IMG/VR virus record: IMGVR_UViG_3300020375_000001
Location: 128,001 to 192,000 of that record
Strand: one strand, 5' to 3'
DNA: 64,000 bases
Source: a virus
Taxonomy: Duplodnaviria; Caudoviricetes
Below are positions 39,312 to 49,226 of this stretch, one piece after another (positions within the stretch are counted from its first letter, which is position 1; each line of letters begins with the position of its first letter). The translations under genes and the position numbers were made by a program. The notes under the pieces are model-generated. The model saw only the letters and a program-made list of their open reading frames with translations. It had not been told where the DNA came from and searched no databases.

Positions 39312-40091
39312 TTACTGCTGTTCCTCAGTAGATTTTACGATTGGCTGTCGTAACTTCTCTAGACGCTCTTTACGTTGTTTAACAACTTCTTCAAAGCGCT
39401 TTCGGAAACTCACTCGATTGCATACATTTCGAATAAGGATTCGATGACTGGTTTCTTCTCCATCGCGAAAGCAGATTACTTTAAGTGCCATTTCATGTAC
39501 ACCCAAGAACCGCATTCCTCGAAGGAACATCTTCCACGTCATTGTGTCCGTACCCAAATCTTTCTCAACTTTGGATTTAACGGCACTTCGTTCACCCCCT
39601 CTGTCAGGTAACCCCAACTCAGGTGCTTTCAGGAAAGTGTCCATTAATAGTATCCAGTTATCTGGACCTATACCCAAATCAAGTCGTATGCGTTTGAATA
39701 TCAGCGCAAGGATTTCACCAGCATCCTTGTTACGGTTAATACCGTCGTAGGAATGTATGGATACTTCATCCAAGCGTTTAAGTTCAATTTCAAGAACGAC
39801 TCTGTCCATCCCCAACACTAAGAAGGTTTTACAAAATACCTTCCAGGCAATTTCATCCTTGGAAAATTCTTTTGTTATATTCCCTTTAAGTGTAGAGCGC
39901 GAACTCCCGGATTGGTTTTCTTTTTCAACGGTATCGAGATACTTATTGACCCTTCGTTCCCATTCCATTGGCGTGACTTCTAAGTCCGCCAGAACAGTTC
40001 TGAATAAACCAGCTAAGGCATCTTTTACCCGTCCTCTACCATAGTCGCTTAACTTAAGCAATTGAACCATGCTGTTTTTGCCTCTGGCCAT
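39312..40091 (-). CDS. Protein of two tandem copies of a helical domain
   Basis: Repeat A LAGLFR..LADL..TP.EW...RS..K....K....WKVF...FLVLG; repeat B LALIFK.IRLDL.IGP.NW...RS..K....K....WKMF...MRFLG. Confidence 0.75.
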   Translation of the reverse strand: MARGKNSMVQLLKLSDYGRGRVKDALAGLFRTVLADLEVTPMEWERRVNKYLDTVEKENQSGSSRSTLKGNITKEFSKDEIAWKVFCKTFLVLGMDRVVLEIELKRLDEVSIHSYDGINRNKDAGEILALIFKRIRLDLGIGPDNWILLMDTFLKAPELGLPDRGGERSAVKSKVEKDLGTDTMTWKMFLRGMRFLGVHEMALKVICFRDGEETSHRILIRNVCNRVSFRKRFEEVVKQRKERLEKLRQPIVKSTEEQQ

Positions 40092-40109
40092 GGTTAATCC
40101 TTTTATTCG

Positions 40110-40589
40110 TTAAGTTATATTATTGACTAACACTCGAAAGTCAATTGCTTCGGTGACGTAGGACTTTATTTTTCTACAATAGTAGCTGTGCTTAGTTTCG
40201 CTTGTATCGCGTACTCTCACCAACGACGTTGAGAGTTCATCTAAGACACTTCTAAGGTCTCTGTCTACTTTAGCAATTGGGTATGGGTACCCGTCTTTGT
40301 TTGTCAAATAGTTTGTTAATGTTATTTCTCCTTTATCTACGCTTACGTGTTTAATGGGTGGTATGTCCTCTAACATGGCTACGGCTTCACGTAACCTAGT
40401 TAAAGAGTCTACCAGCTTTTCTGCTGAAGCACACTTGGACATAATCGACATTTTGTCTAACTGTTTAGAAGAGGGCTCTTCTTTACTGTACGATTCGATG
40501 TAAATCTGATTATGTAAGCGGTACTCCCATGCATCTTTGTCGGAGTTAAATTTACTGAGCTTCCGCTTAGTTAGCCACTTCTTTAACAT
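40110..40589 (-). CDS. Hypothetical protein
   Basis: 159 aa; coupled to the upstream gene. Confidence 0.7.
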   Translation of the reverse strand: MLKKWLTKRKLSKFNSDKDAWEYRLHNQIYIESYSKEEPSSKQLDKMSIMSKCASAEKLVDSLTRLREAVAMLEDIPPIKHVSVDKGEITLTNYLTNKDGYPYPIAKVDRDLRSVLDELSTSLVRVRDTSETKHSYYCRKIKSYVTEAIDFRVLVNNIT

Positions 40590-41017
40590 TAATGGTCCTT
40601 TTCGTTATCACCTATTTCGGGACACTTGCCAAAGAATGAAATTTTGCCTTGAGTTAAATCGCCATCTTCGAACATCAGCCGACAAACATCGGATACACTA
40701 GCGCTGGTACCCAGTGCAAAGTATTTGTTAAATATCGCCCAATCTTCGTCGGTAGCCTCGCCCCTACTAGTTGCCACATACGCTTTAACAAAAGCGGTGT
40801 CCTCAAGCTCTATCCGGTAATACTTGGATATATAGTCCACCTTACCACACAGTTTGATTATGACGGCAGTGTCATCAGTAATTTCCATGCCATCAAGTAG
40901 CCACTTTTTGTATACCTCATTTGACAATACAAGTTTCATGAACCCATACTTCAGTGGATTCCATACACCGTAGAAAGCGTTACCGACTTTAATTAGAAAA
41001 TTTGTACACTTTACCAT
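40589..41017 (-). CDS. Hypothetical protein
   Basis: 142 aa; SD GGGAGG. Confidence 0.7.
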   Translation of the reverse strand: MVKCTNFLIKVGNAFYGVWNPLKYGFMKLVLSNEVYKKWLLDGMEITDDTAVIIKLCGKVDYISKYYRIELEDTAFVKAYVATSRGEATDEDWAIFNKYFALGTSASVSDVCRLMFEDGDLTQGKISFFGKCPEIGDNEKDH

Positions 41018-41084
41018 AATAGTCCTCCCTTTTAATTAGTAACTTATTTGGTATTTGTTTATTTTCCTATGATACATGCCCTTA

Positions 41085-41096
41085 GATAATATGTGC
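41085..41096 (-). promoter_or_regulatory. Candidate early promoter variant GCACATATTATC
   Basis: Matches the 14747/17733/60834 motif family; upstream of 41017. Confidence 0.45.
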
Positions 41097-41121
41097 TTAT
41101 AATTTTTTTCCGGAGTTAATT

Positions 41122-41562
41122 ATGACCCATGAAGAGTTGATGAAGCTCGCCCAGACTGGAGAGCTCAACGAGGATATCATCCTCAAACTAACGCAAGAAA
41201 CACGTCGGTCGATGTTGGTTAACACACTAGCAGAAGGAATTCCTTCTGGTAAAGATATGTACCGCACGATGAAACTTCTTGAAGACATGGATGCAACTGC
41301 ACTCAATGTTAAGAAGCTGGAGTCAGATGATGCAAACCAAGATGCTGACCGTAGAGCCGCAATGATTATTGCCTCTATGAATAAACAACTTGGTGGAGAT
41401 AATCCTTTCCGTGTTCAAGACCCAGGTGCACCGATGAAAGACATCACACCAGATGCATCTGAAATCCCCACCATCGAACCTAAGCACGAAGAAGATGCTA
41501 TTGGGGTGTCTGCTTTAACTTACGATGAGTTTGTCAAAGAAGCCCCTGCTGACGAAGACTAG
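41122..41562 (+). CDS. Hypothetical protein
   Basis: 146 aa; GGAG SD; isolated plus-strand gene. Confidence 0.75.
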   Translation: MTHEELMKLAQTGELNEDIILKLTQETRRSMLVNTLAEGIPSGKDMYRTMKLLEDMDATALNVKKLESDDANQDADRRAAMIIASMNKQLGGDNPFRVQDPGAPMKDITPDASEIPTIEPKHEEDAIGVSALTYDEFVKEAPADED

Positions 41563-42248
41563 ATGACGATAGATACTTCTTGTGGAGTTATCCATTCGAC
41601 ACCTAGAAATTCAACAAGTGCTCCGGAAACCGCTACGGTCGGGTCAATGTCCATGTCCTCATCCAACGGCTTCTTAAGAAGTCTAGGTGCAACACAGACT
41701 ACCGATGGAATAGGGGTGTCCAATAAAGCCTCACGATGAAGTTCGAACCATTCGTCAAAGTTGTAAACGCTAAAGCTACACCATTTACCGCGTATAGTCT
41801 TGGGGGTTAAGCTCCCAGGACTTGCGCGCACTATGCCGACTTTAATGTCGCCTAGGTATTCCCGCATTACGGACTTAAGTGCTTCTTTCTCGTCTTCGGC
41901 GAAGTTGTATGGCCAGATATTGATGTCCAGCGTTATCTCCCCCGCCAACGGATGGTTCTCCGATTGTGCCCTCAAGATTTTCACATCAGCTATTAAACGT
42001 GACATGTATCCTGTCATCAGCGCGTTCGTATGGATATCCCCATCTCGACCACGGTACCAATAGTGAGTATTGAAAAGGTCTTGGTCAAAACCATCAATCC
42101 ATTTGGAATAGAAGTCGCCACTACGGTCCTTCCATCCATTTTCCAGTACAATTTGGGGATACTGCATATTCATCTTAGCCAGAGTAGCGAGACGTGTATC
42201 CAGTAATACATCCAAACTAACTAGTAGGTTTTGATTCACCTTCTTCAT
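41559..42248 (-). CDS. Conserved phiKZ-like hypothetical protein
   Basis: LLVSLDVLLDTRLATL and INIWPY motifs, downstream of vRNAP beta C-terminal gene. Confidence 0.7.
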   Translation of the reverse strand: MKKVNQNLLVSLDVLLDTRLATLAKMNMQYPQIVLENGWKDRSGDFYSKWIDGFDQDLFNTHYWYRGRDGDIHTNALMTGYMSRLIADVKILRAQSENHPLAGEITLDINIWPYNFAEDEKEALKSVMREYLGDIKVGIVRASPGSLTPKTIRGKWCSFSVYNFDEWFELHREALLDTPIPSVVCVAPRLLKKPLDEDMDIDPTVAVSGALVEFLGVEWITPQEVSIVI

Positions 42249-42726
42249 TTATCACACCTTCAAAATCAATGGAGTACAACGCAAGAAGAACAATAGGCCA
42301 GCGATGTGTCTGTAAGACTTGTAATGCCGCATCACTATCCAGTATAATACGGTCACCCAAATCTTTATCACCGTACAACGTAACAATGTCACCGAAGAAC
42401 AGGCTTTCAACGTACAGTTCTTGTATGGCCGTGTAGATACCCTTTGTACCACAAACAGAGACCGCCATGCGATACGTATCCATAATCCAATGAACTATGT
42501 CTTGGTCGGTGTTACGGGCTGTCTCCCAGATGGTTTCCAGGGTTTCGTCGTTTAGGACAGTATGTGGCATTTTCTGCAACATACGCAGAAAGAAGTTTTG
42601 TGTCTTACTCCCTGCCGCTTGTAGCTGGTGGATAACCACATTTTCAAACTTAGCCAAAGCAGAAGTAATTCCCTCTGCTACTTCAAAGTCGTCTTTGTTT
42701 AATTGTACTCGAGTTGGGTTTCCCAC
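42217..42726 (-). CDS. Conserved hypothetical protein
   Basis: GTG start with AAGGA SD; operon with gp149-like. Confidence 0.7.
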   Translation of the reverse strand: MGNPTRVQLNKDDFEVAEGITSALAKFENVVIHQLQAAGSKTQNFFLRMLQKMPHTVLNDETLETIWETARNTDQDIVHWIMDTYRMAVSVCGTKGIYTAIQELYVESLFFGDIVTLYGDKDLGDRIILDSDAALQVLQTHRWPIVLLALYSIDFEGVINEEGESKPTS

Positions 42727-42737
42727 AATTGCATCCT

Positions 42738-43418
42738 TTATAAGTTATTATTCAGGTGCATCGCCTTCAGTAACGTAGCAAGGGTTTCGGTAGATTTAAC
42801 TTTACCGCCAGCCTTAGCCACTTGGTCTAAAGAGAAGCCGCCTGTTTCGTGAGCGAATTTATTCATGGCTGTGTATGCTGCTGCATCACCACCACGAACT
42901 TTCAGTAGTTCCTCAATTGTTTTATCCAAGCCAAGCGCATACAGTACTTGCATCTCAGGGTTAGATAAAGAAGAACCTTTTGATTTACCGGTAGGTTGAC
43001 CAGTCAAATCATCGCGGGATTCGTTATCCGCAGGAACAGACATCTTCTTAACCAAGTGTTGTGCCTGTCGGCGAAACGGTAAAGAAAGAATTAAATACTT
43101 CTCCGGCGTTGTGTACTGTTGTCCCGTTGCAGGGTCTTTCAGTCGTAGTCGCTGGAAGAAATCGTAACCTAATTCCTTACCAATTTTAATGTTACGCGCC
43201 ACATTTAACTTAGCGTCTGCTAGGTTAGGGGCTTTAATACGGATGGTTACGTTACCATCGCGTAAGTCTGTCATGTAAGTAGCAAACTGCTTGTCGGACA
43301 TTTTCTCCAGACGTTCTTTTAGCTTTTCACTATTACCTGACTTTGGCGAAATCTTTTCAACATACGCTACCGCCATTTCGGTAGCAAGCTTACGTGCCTT
43401 AGACATGGTAGTCTCCAA
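42738..43418 (-). CDS. Virion RNAP beta C-terminal subunit (phiKZ gp149-like)
   Basis: LTGQPTGKSKGSSLSNPEMQVL...EELLKVRGGD corresponds to RpoB C-terminal QQP-GK...GEME...E-L-KSDD. Confidence 0.9.
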   Translation of the reverse strand: METTMSKARKLATEMAVAYVEKISPKSGNSEKLKERLEKMSDKQFATYMTDLRDGNVTIRIKAPNLADAKLNVARNIKIGKELGYDFFQRLRLKDPATGQQYTTPEKYLILSLPFRRQAQHLVKKMSVPADNESRDDLTGQPTGKSKGSSLSNPEMQVLYALGLDKTIEELLKVRGGDAAAYTAMNKFAHETGGFSLDQVAKAGGKVKSTETLATLLKAMHLNNNL

Positions 43419-43445
43419 TAAACCTTATCAACTCAAAAGATTTGG

Positions 43446-43949
43446 CTAAGCTGCCACTTCAAACTCTTTTGGTAGTAAGGGTATTAATTCACCCCATCCT
43501 TTCTTAGAGAGGTCGTCCGACATTCTACGATTTTCGTAATGGGTAATTGGACACACTTCTTCAGTCTGCATGTTCTTATCCAAACGAACTACTACCAGAC
43601 GCTTACGTTTCTTAATAGCGTAGTCGATAGCATGTTTGGTCCCCTTACTCTGCCCATCCCAGAAAGCAACGACCATATCCCCTGCATTAATCATTTCAAT
43701 GTTTCTTAGGATACCGGCACGTTTACCAAATTTATCCCAATCAGCATGGAAACGTTCATGGCGAACCTTGCGCATAATAGCGTAAGTTCTAGCTAAGCGG
43801 TCTATGCCCCTTGCCCCACCTTCAAACAGGCGAATGTAGGATTTAGTACGATACGTTTTTAATACCTCATCTAAAGCTGTAGCAAATTTATCGAACTCCG
43901 TGAATTCACGGGAGCCTGAGATTACAACATTAAAAGTATCGTCCCACAT
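43446..43949 (-). CDS. SLOG-superfamily (DUF2493/YspA-like) protein
   Basis: VVISGSREF, EGGARGIDRLA, ADWDKFGKRAG..RN.EM and FWDGQSKGTKH motifs. Confidence 0.85.
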   Translation of the reverse strand: MWDDTFNVVISGSREFTEFDKFATALDEVLKTYRTKSYIRLFEGGARGIDRLARTYAIMRKVRHERFHADWDKFGKRAGILRNIEMINAGDMVVAFWDGQSKGTKHAIDYAIKKRKRLVVVRLDKNMQTEEVCPITHYENRRMSDDLSKKGWGELIPLLPKEFEVAA

Positions 43950-43950
43950 A

Positions 43951-44256
43951 TCATGCCCTGTATGTACGTGCGTCCTCAAGGAACGGGAATACTTTACTGG
44001 TCAAGTTCATGTACCAGTATTCGATGTTGTCATGGTCATCCAAGTAGATACGGATAGCAATGGTGTCACACGGAAGTCCACTAAGTATTCCACGGAAGTG
44101 ACGGTTAATTTGTTTACGAAATTCATCAATGTTTGCGGTGTACACCGCAATGCTATTGATGTCGTTACCGAAGTCCGCTGCCAACGTAGGGTGACTAGCG
44201 GTTAGAAACCCAATCAGTTGTTGGCTGAAACCCACAACGGTTGTTTGTTCAGACAT
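43951..44256 (-). CDS. Conserved hypothetical protein
   Basis: Start MSEQTT with AAGGA SD; lies between gp149-like and uvsX. Confidence 0.7.
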   Translation of the reverse strand: MSEQTTVVGFSQQLIGFLTASHPTLAADFGNDINSIAVYTANIDEFRKQINRHFRGILSGLPCDTIAIRIYLDDHDNIEYWYMNLTSKVFPFLEDARTYRA

Positions 44257-44330
44257 TTGAAAATTCCTTGCACTGAAACAGTTAAACTCTGCACTATACA
44301 AATAAATCGTTCAGTAAATTATAGTTATTA

Positions 44331-44765
44331 TCAGGAAGCCTTTTTGACGTCGTACACATTGTCTTTCAAAACCAACGTGTAATACTTTTCATGCAACATC
44401 ATTTCACGAGTCATCATGAGAAGCTTGTAGCAGTCAAACTTACCCGTCATCCCCAAAGGGTAGGCACTAGATAATAGGTTCCGTTCTTTATCCCCCAACC
44501 CGTTTATAAAAGGCATGTATAAACAGCGACACATTGAGTTGATATGTGGGTACTCTTTTTCCATTGTATCGCTAAAGAAGCTATTGGGTAAGTCAGTGCC
44601 AGAAGTGAAGGGTAGGGCACATATTTCAATTAACTGATGTTTCCATTCTTCCACTCGTTCGATGTTATCACACTTAGCCCCCTTCATGATATTGCTGAAG
44701 CTAGCCAATAAAGGTGCAAACTTTTCAAATAGGTCATTTAGGGTAGGCCCTGAACTCTTAAACAT
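44331..44765 (-). CDS. Hypothetical protein
   Basis: 144 aa; GAGG SD. Confidence 0.7.
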   Translation of the reverse strand: MFKSSGPTLNDLFEKFAPLLASFSNIMKGAKCDNIERVEEWKHQLIEICALPFTSGTDLPNSFFSDTMEKEYPHINSMCRCLYMPFINGLGDKERNLLSSAYPLGMTGKFDCYKLLMMTREMMLHEKYYTLVLKDNVYDVKKAS

Positions 44766-44824
44766 GGCAGTGTTACCTCTAGATAAAAAATAAAGGAGTC
44801 GTTAGACTCCCCTATTTAGTTTAA

Positions 44825-46273
44825 TTACTTCTTCAATGGTTCCATCCAATACGGATGATATACATCTACGTCGTCAGCAGGTAATGCCATTTTCAGAAGG
44901 TCCATAGTGGATAGGAAGTTTAATGGGTCTGTAGAGCCCTCAAACACCCAGTAGCCGCGAGTATTCAATAACACCGACCAATCATAGCCTTTCTCTTTAA
45001 GGCGCGTGTAGAGCTCCTCAGGAGTTATACGGTACTTGTCCGCTAACTTGTCACCCTTCCAGATTAACTGCATCTGACACATCTCAGCAGTAATCTCCAT
45101 TGCGCGCTGCAACAGATAGTCTTCATCCGCAATACCACGAACAGTAGTACGGGATAATTTAACATCCGGATAAATATCCAAGAAATAGCCACGGTCATTA
45201 CCACCGACACCGAAGCCCATTGGGTAGTTAGTGTTAGACACTTTCTTGTTGTTACGTAAGTACGTCAACTCAGTCAGTGTAGGTAGTAGACCTTCCGTTT
45301 GCGAAACGACAATCTGAAATGGAATACCAGACGGACCTGATTTAGCACGCAGGTTTTGCACCTGAATGATTTGTAGGTCTTGGTCTCCAGGGTTACGGTC
45401 GTGTTCACTTTTTGGGAAGTAAGGTGTTTTGTCCGCTTGGTTGTGGTGCGCCTTTGCACCAGAGCAATAATACAAGTTGTTGGTTAGGAACGTGAAATTC
45501 TCAGGTACCTTCTTAAACTTGATTTTCTGTTTCATGGTCGCCAGCTTTTTCTGCGGCGGAGCCATGGGGTCAAGTGCTAAGTCATCCCCCATATGCGCAA
45601 CTACAGTACAGTAGATAGAACCCTTAGAAGCAACGCTTGGCATCTGACCCAACATACGTGATTTGATAAGGTTATCACGCAGAGCGATGGTGTTCTGGTC
45701 TTTGGAGTCAACCACCGCTTTATCGTTAATGGTTTCAGTAGCATCAAACTGCATCTGTGACATCGAGTCCAGTAACAACAAGCTAGGTGCGATGATAGAA
45801 ATTTGTTTACCGTCTACAAAGAACGGGGTAGCCAGTTTAGCTTTATCACCCATTTTTGCTTTCTTATCAGCAAAGTTACGTACCATTTCCCAGTAGTCAT
45901 TTGCCATAGTTGTGCCGTCGGAAAGGATACAACGATTTTCAGCAAACAGGTCCAATCCACCGATGTTGTGCATTCTTGATGCCAGTGAGTTTAAGCGTGC
46001 AGGAGTTTTGGAGTACTCTGAGTCATACGCCATCTCGTTGACTTGTTCGTAACGGTTCACTACCGTCAAGTTAAGGTGGTCCGACAGGGTAGACTTATAC
46101 GAGTTACCGCGACCACATGTACCGGTTACTTGTTGTAACCCGCCATTTAAAATTGACTCACCGTGTTTCCCGGTGTAATACGTACCAATTGGAATATCGA
46201 ACAGACAACCGACGTTCATCGCTGGTCGCAAACTTGGTACTTGTGGGAATAATTCTTCAGCTCCGAAATTCAT
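44825..46273 (-). CDS. uvsX: UvsX/RecA-like recombinase (phiKZ gp152-like)
   Basis: RPAMNVGCLFDIP, Walker A GRGNSYKST, Walker B LLLLDS, LRAKSGPSG. Confidence 0.9.
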   Translation of the reverse strand: MNFGAEELFPQVPSLRPAMNVGCLFDIPIGTYYTGKHGESILNGGLQQVTGTCGRGNSYKSTLSDHLNLTVVNRYEQVNEMAYDSEYSKTPARLNSLASRMHNIGGLDLFAENRCILSDGTTMANDYWEMVRNFADKKAKMGDKAKLATPFFVDGKQISIIAPSLLLLDSMSQMQFDATETINDKAVVDSKDQNTIALRDNLIKSRMLGQMPSVASKGSIYCTVVAHMGDDLALDPMAPPQKKLATMKQKIKFKKVPENFTFLTNNLYYCSGAKAHHNQADKTPYFPKSEHDRNPGDQDLQIIQVQNLRAKSGPSGIPFQIVVSQTEGLLPTLTELTYLRNNKKVSNTNYPMGFGVGGNDRGYFLDIYPDVKLSRTTVRGIADEDYLLQRAMEITAEMCQMQLIWKGDKLADKYRITPEELYTRLKEKGYDWSVLLNTRGYWVFEGSTDPLNFLSTMDLLKMALPADDVDVYHPYWMEPLKK

Positions 46274-46394
46274 CCGCTGTTCCTTTTTTAAACGAAAATA
46301 ATGTTAAGGCTATTAGACATAAGTAAGGCTCTTTGCGTATTTTTTAATAATGGTATGTCTAGACACCCATTCACTTGTACCATAGGAGCTCAAA

Positions 46395-47204
46395 GTGGAC
46401 CACTTAACAAAATTATATCAGCGTGCTTCGCTAGAGGCCCGCACCGATGCTACCGACCAGACTGTATTTGGTGTACAGTTTGTTCGCTTTATCGAAGGAA
46501 TCAAAGACTTTACTAACGGCATGGTTGGTAATGGCGTATTTGGTTTTACCGGTCAGGTGGAACGTGTACGTAGTAAAGAGGATTATATGGCAGTGAGGAA
46601 CACTACCGTATATCGTCCTCTGCACCTTGCTGCACGTACTACAATGCTACAGCTAGCTGAGGTCATCGAAGAGAACTTCAAGCTACAGAAGGACATTGAG
46701 AGCCGCGTCTTCGCCCCTTGGCGTGCGGTGCTGGCTAACTTTTTAACTAACCCATCTGAACTGAAGAAGTTGTACGATGTGGATGAGTTAAAGAAAGGTA
46801 AGCTTATTGACTTTGTGGACATTGCCGATATTCATAAAGACGTAAAGAAGGTTTACTCGCCAAGTAATTCACAGGCCACCGACACCTTTGGTAACCTGTA
46901 CCGCAATTACAAAGAGTGGGAAGAAACCTGTAAGATAGTTGCCAAGTTGAATGAAGAAGCCATTCGCTTGAACTTTGAAGGTATAGTACGTCAAGCTGAG
47001 GAACTGAATGAAATGGCTGGTCGTCTGGCTGACCATATCAGTGAAAGTCCTGAAGAATACGAGATTTCTAAATCCGCTCAACAGTTACTGGCTGAAGCCA
47101 GCTACATGGTAGGACGTGAATTAGAATACCTTGGTTCTACTGGTGCCATGTTAGACTCAATTTCCGGTGCAATTGCTTCCACCGCCGACATACTTAAAAA
47201 GTAA
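46395..47204 (+). CDS. Virion head protein (phiKZ gp153-like), probably protease-processed
   Basis: Synteny with uvsX and RNase H; N-terminal ASLE/A motif. Confidence 0.65.
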   Translation: MDHLTKLYQRASLEARTDATDQTVFGVQFVRFIEGIKDFTNGMVGNGVFGFTGQVERVRSKEDYMAVRNTTVYRPLHLAARTTMLQLAEVIEENFKLQKDIESRVFAPWRAVLANFLTNPSELKKLYDVDELKKGKLIDFVDIADIHKDVKKVYSPSNSQATDTFGNLYRNYKEWEETCKIVAKLNEEAIRLNFEGIVRQAEELNEMAGRLADHISESPEEYEISKSAQQLLAEASYMVGRELEYLGSTGAMLDSISGAIASTADILKK

Positions 47205-47218
47205 CGACGGCATAAGTC

Positions 47219-47238
47219 AGGGCGGGTCACCCCGCCCT
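47219..47238. terminator. Terminator between convergent genes
   Basis: AGGGCGGG-TCAC-CCCGCCCT with a T-run on the right and CGGCATA on the left. Confidence 0.8.
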
Positions 47239-47254
47239 TACTTTTTTTGCTTGC

Positions 47255-47632
47255 CTAACTAAGTGCAAACTCAACAGCCCCTTGAACATCTTTCTGCATG
47301 TCGCTAATGCGACCGTAACGAAGCCAGGGTGGTATGTTATCCAAAATCTTCGTAACGATGGAATCGTGTCCACCATGCAAGTCGATATTGTCAAGTTCAC
47401 TACCCTTCCATAAGTTACTCCCTACAGCTGCAGGGAAATCGAGCGCATGTACGTTATGTGACAACCTGCACTTATCGTTCAAGTCTTTTAACTTGCACTC
47501 GCCACTCCGGTTTAGGGTGTGTAAGTAAGTAGCGGTTGATACGACAACAATCATCCGTCGCATTTTAGGATTTAAACACAGTCCTAATAAGCCGCCTCCT
47601 ACCGCTTTTCCAAGTTTACTTATTTTGCCCAT
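47255..47632 (-). CDS. Conserved hypothetical protein
   Basis: 125 aa, downstream of RNase H. Confidence 0.7.
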   Translation of the reverse strand: MGKISKLGKAVGGGLLGLCLNPKMRRMIVVVSTATYLHTLNRSGECKLKDLNDKCRLSHNVHALDFPAAVGSNLWKGSELDNIDLHGGHDSIVTKILDNIPPWLRYGRISDMQKDVQGAVEFALS

Positions 47633-47646
47633 AGATTAATCCTCGA

Positions 47647-49131
47647 TTAAACTAGACACAAGTTAGAATAAGCCGAAGCATACAGACCTACATCGTCCTC
47701 AGTTTCGACCACCACTGCGTAGCGGATAGTTTGTTTGGATTCGGGCCAAGTAATAACCTTAATGGTTGGTGATTCCTTAGACATGGCATTTAACATGTTT
47801 TTGGTTGGTGCATCCATACCGATGGTTAATACAACGTCCTTAGTACCAGAACGCTTACCAGACTTCCAGTCGACTGCAACGGTTAAAAACTTTGCGTTAT
47901 CTACGATGTCTTTACTTGGGACAAGTTTCACCTTGCCTTTAGAATCCGTATCCGACACATAGAATTTGTCTGTTACATCAGTAACAACCATTTGCGAGCC
48001 AGCTTTACTGGTATTGGTCTTAGGGTCAATGTACTCTTCAAGACGTTGACGCAAGTGGTCTAGAACCTCTAAACCGATAAACGCTAGGCCAGTAGGTCGA
48101 GCAGGCTCAGTCAAGATTTGCTCCGTTACTGTACCCAGCGTTGGTGTACGTAAACCAACCTGAAGGTAGTCACAACCGTTGTGGTATATCTCAGGATAAA
48201 TCTTTGCCCCACGGATGGTATCAAACTTACCGTAGATAGGTACGATATATTCATCGCTAACCTCATCCTGCTTGGCACGCAGTGATTCCAGTACCTTGTC
48301 TTCTTCCTTTAAAAAGACGACAGAGTTAGAGGCATCGGATACACGTTTACCATACAGTTCATTATCACTGTGGATACCAAACATATAAACGTTACGGCCA
48401 TCGGTAGATGTCTGCTTACCTGTGTTAGTGGTGAAGTACCATTTAGAATGCATGAGTAGACGGTTGTAAGGTGGAGTCTTTGGCTTCTTAGGCTTGACGA
48501 CCTTTTCCTTACCTTTGCTGTCTTCCTGCACTTCCATGATTAGTTCATGTACTGGCTCGTAGTTTCCAGCTCCGGCAAGTGCCCCACCTTTCTTAGCACA
48601 CTCATCTGCTAAGTCATTTCCCACATTACCAGAATGACCTTTTACCCAAGTCCACTTAATGTTCAGGTCCCCAGCATTGGTCAGTGCATTATCTAACATC
48701 TCCCACTGGTTCTGATAAGGGACATCACCCCCATTAGCTTTCTTCCAACCCCGAGCTTTCCACTTAGGCATCCAATCTTGAGCACCATTTAGTGCTAACT
48801 TAGAATCTGAACGTATTTCCAGATTAGTGATGGAGTTGTCAATTGCGAAGTTAATTGCGTTGGTGACGGCATAAATCTCACCTTCGTTATTATCGCATCG
48901 CCCTTTAAGTCCGCCCCAAGATTGCCATTCCATAATCTTTACTGGCTCTGCCGGTTTTCCGTCAGTCCCCTTAACTACTTCAGTGGTAACCTTCAACCCT
49001 TTGGTATCTTTAGGTTTGTCGTACGTTACTGTTTCGGTATAGGTGTAACCATAGTTACCCCAGCCACTCATTGGACCTGGGTTAGGGCGAGCCGAGCCAT
49101 CCGTATAAATCGTGGCATGTAATTTAGTCAT
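47647..49131 (-). CDS. rnhA: Ribonuclease HI with long C-terminal extension (phiKZ gp155-like)
   Basis: IYTDGSARPNPG, NNEGE, SDSKL and WVKGHSGNVGNDLAD motifs. Confidence 0.95.
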   Translation of the reverse strand: MTKLHATIYTDGSARPNPGPMSGWGNYGYTYTETVTYDKPKDTKGLKVTTEVVKGTDGKPAEPVKIMEWQSWGGLKGRCDNNEGEIYAVTNAINFAIDNSITNLEIRSDSKLALNGAQDWMPKWKARGWKKANGGDVPYQNQWEMLDNALTNAGDLNIKWTWVKGHSGNVGNDLADECAKKGGALAGAGNYEPVHELIMEVQEDSKGKEKVVKPKKPKTPPYNRLLMHSKWYFTTNTGKQTSTDGRNVYMFGIHSDNELYGKRVSDASNSVVFLKEEDKVLESLRAKQDEVSDEYIVPIYGKFDTIRGAKIYPEIYHNGCDYLQVGLRTPTLGTVTEQILTEPARPTGLAFIGLEVLDHLRQRLEEYIDPKTNTSKAGSQMVVTDVTDKFYVSDTDSKGKVKLVPSKDIVDNAKFLTVAVDWKSGKRSGTKDVVLTIGMDAPTKNMLNAMSKESPTIKVITWPESKQTIRYAVVVETEDDVGLYASAYSNLCLV

Positions 49132-49226
49132 TGTTATCTGGCTCCGTTATTCAATACTACTACACAATAGTACCATTAAATATTTTTTCTTTAGGGTCAT
49201 AGAGGCGGGAAGACCCCGCCCACTAT

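Noticed and set aside
41559-42248. HAD-phosphatase call from DVLLDT
   Set aside because: Lacks the canonical DxD spacing and the other HAD motifs; left as a conserved hypothetical.
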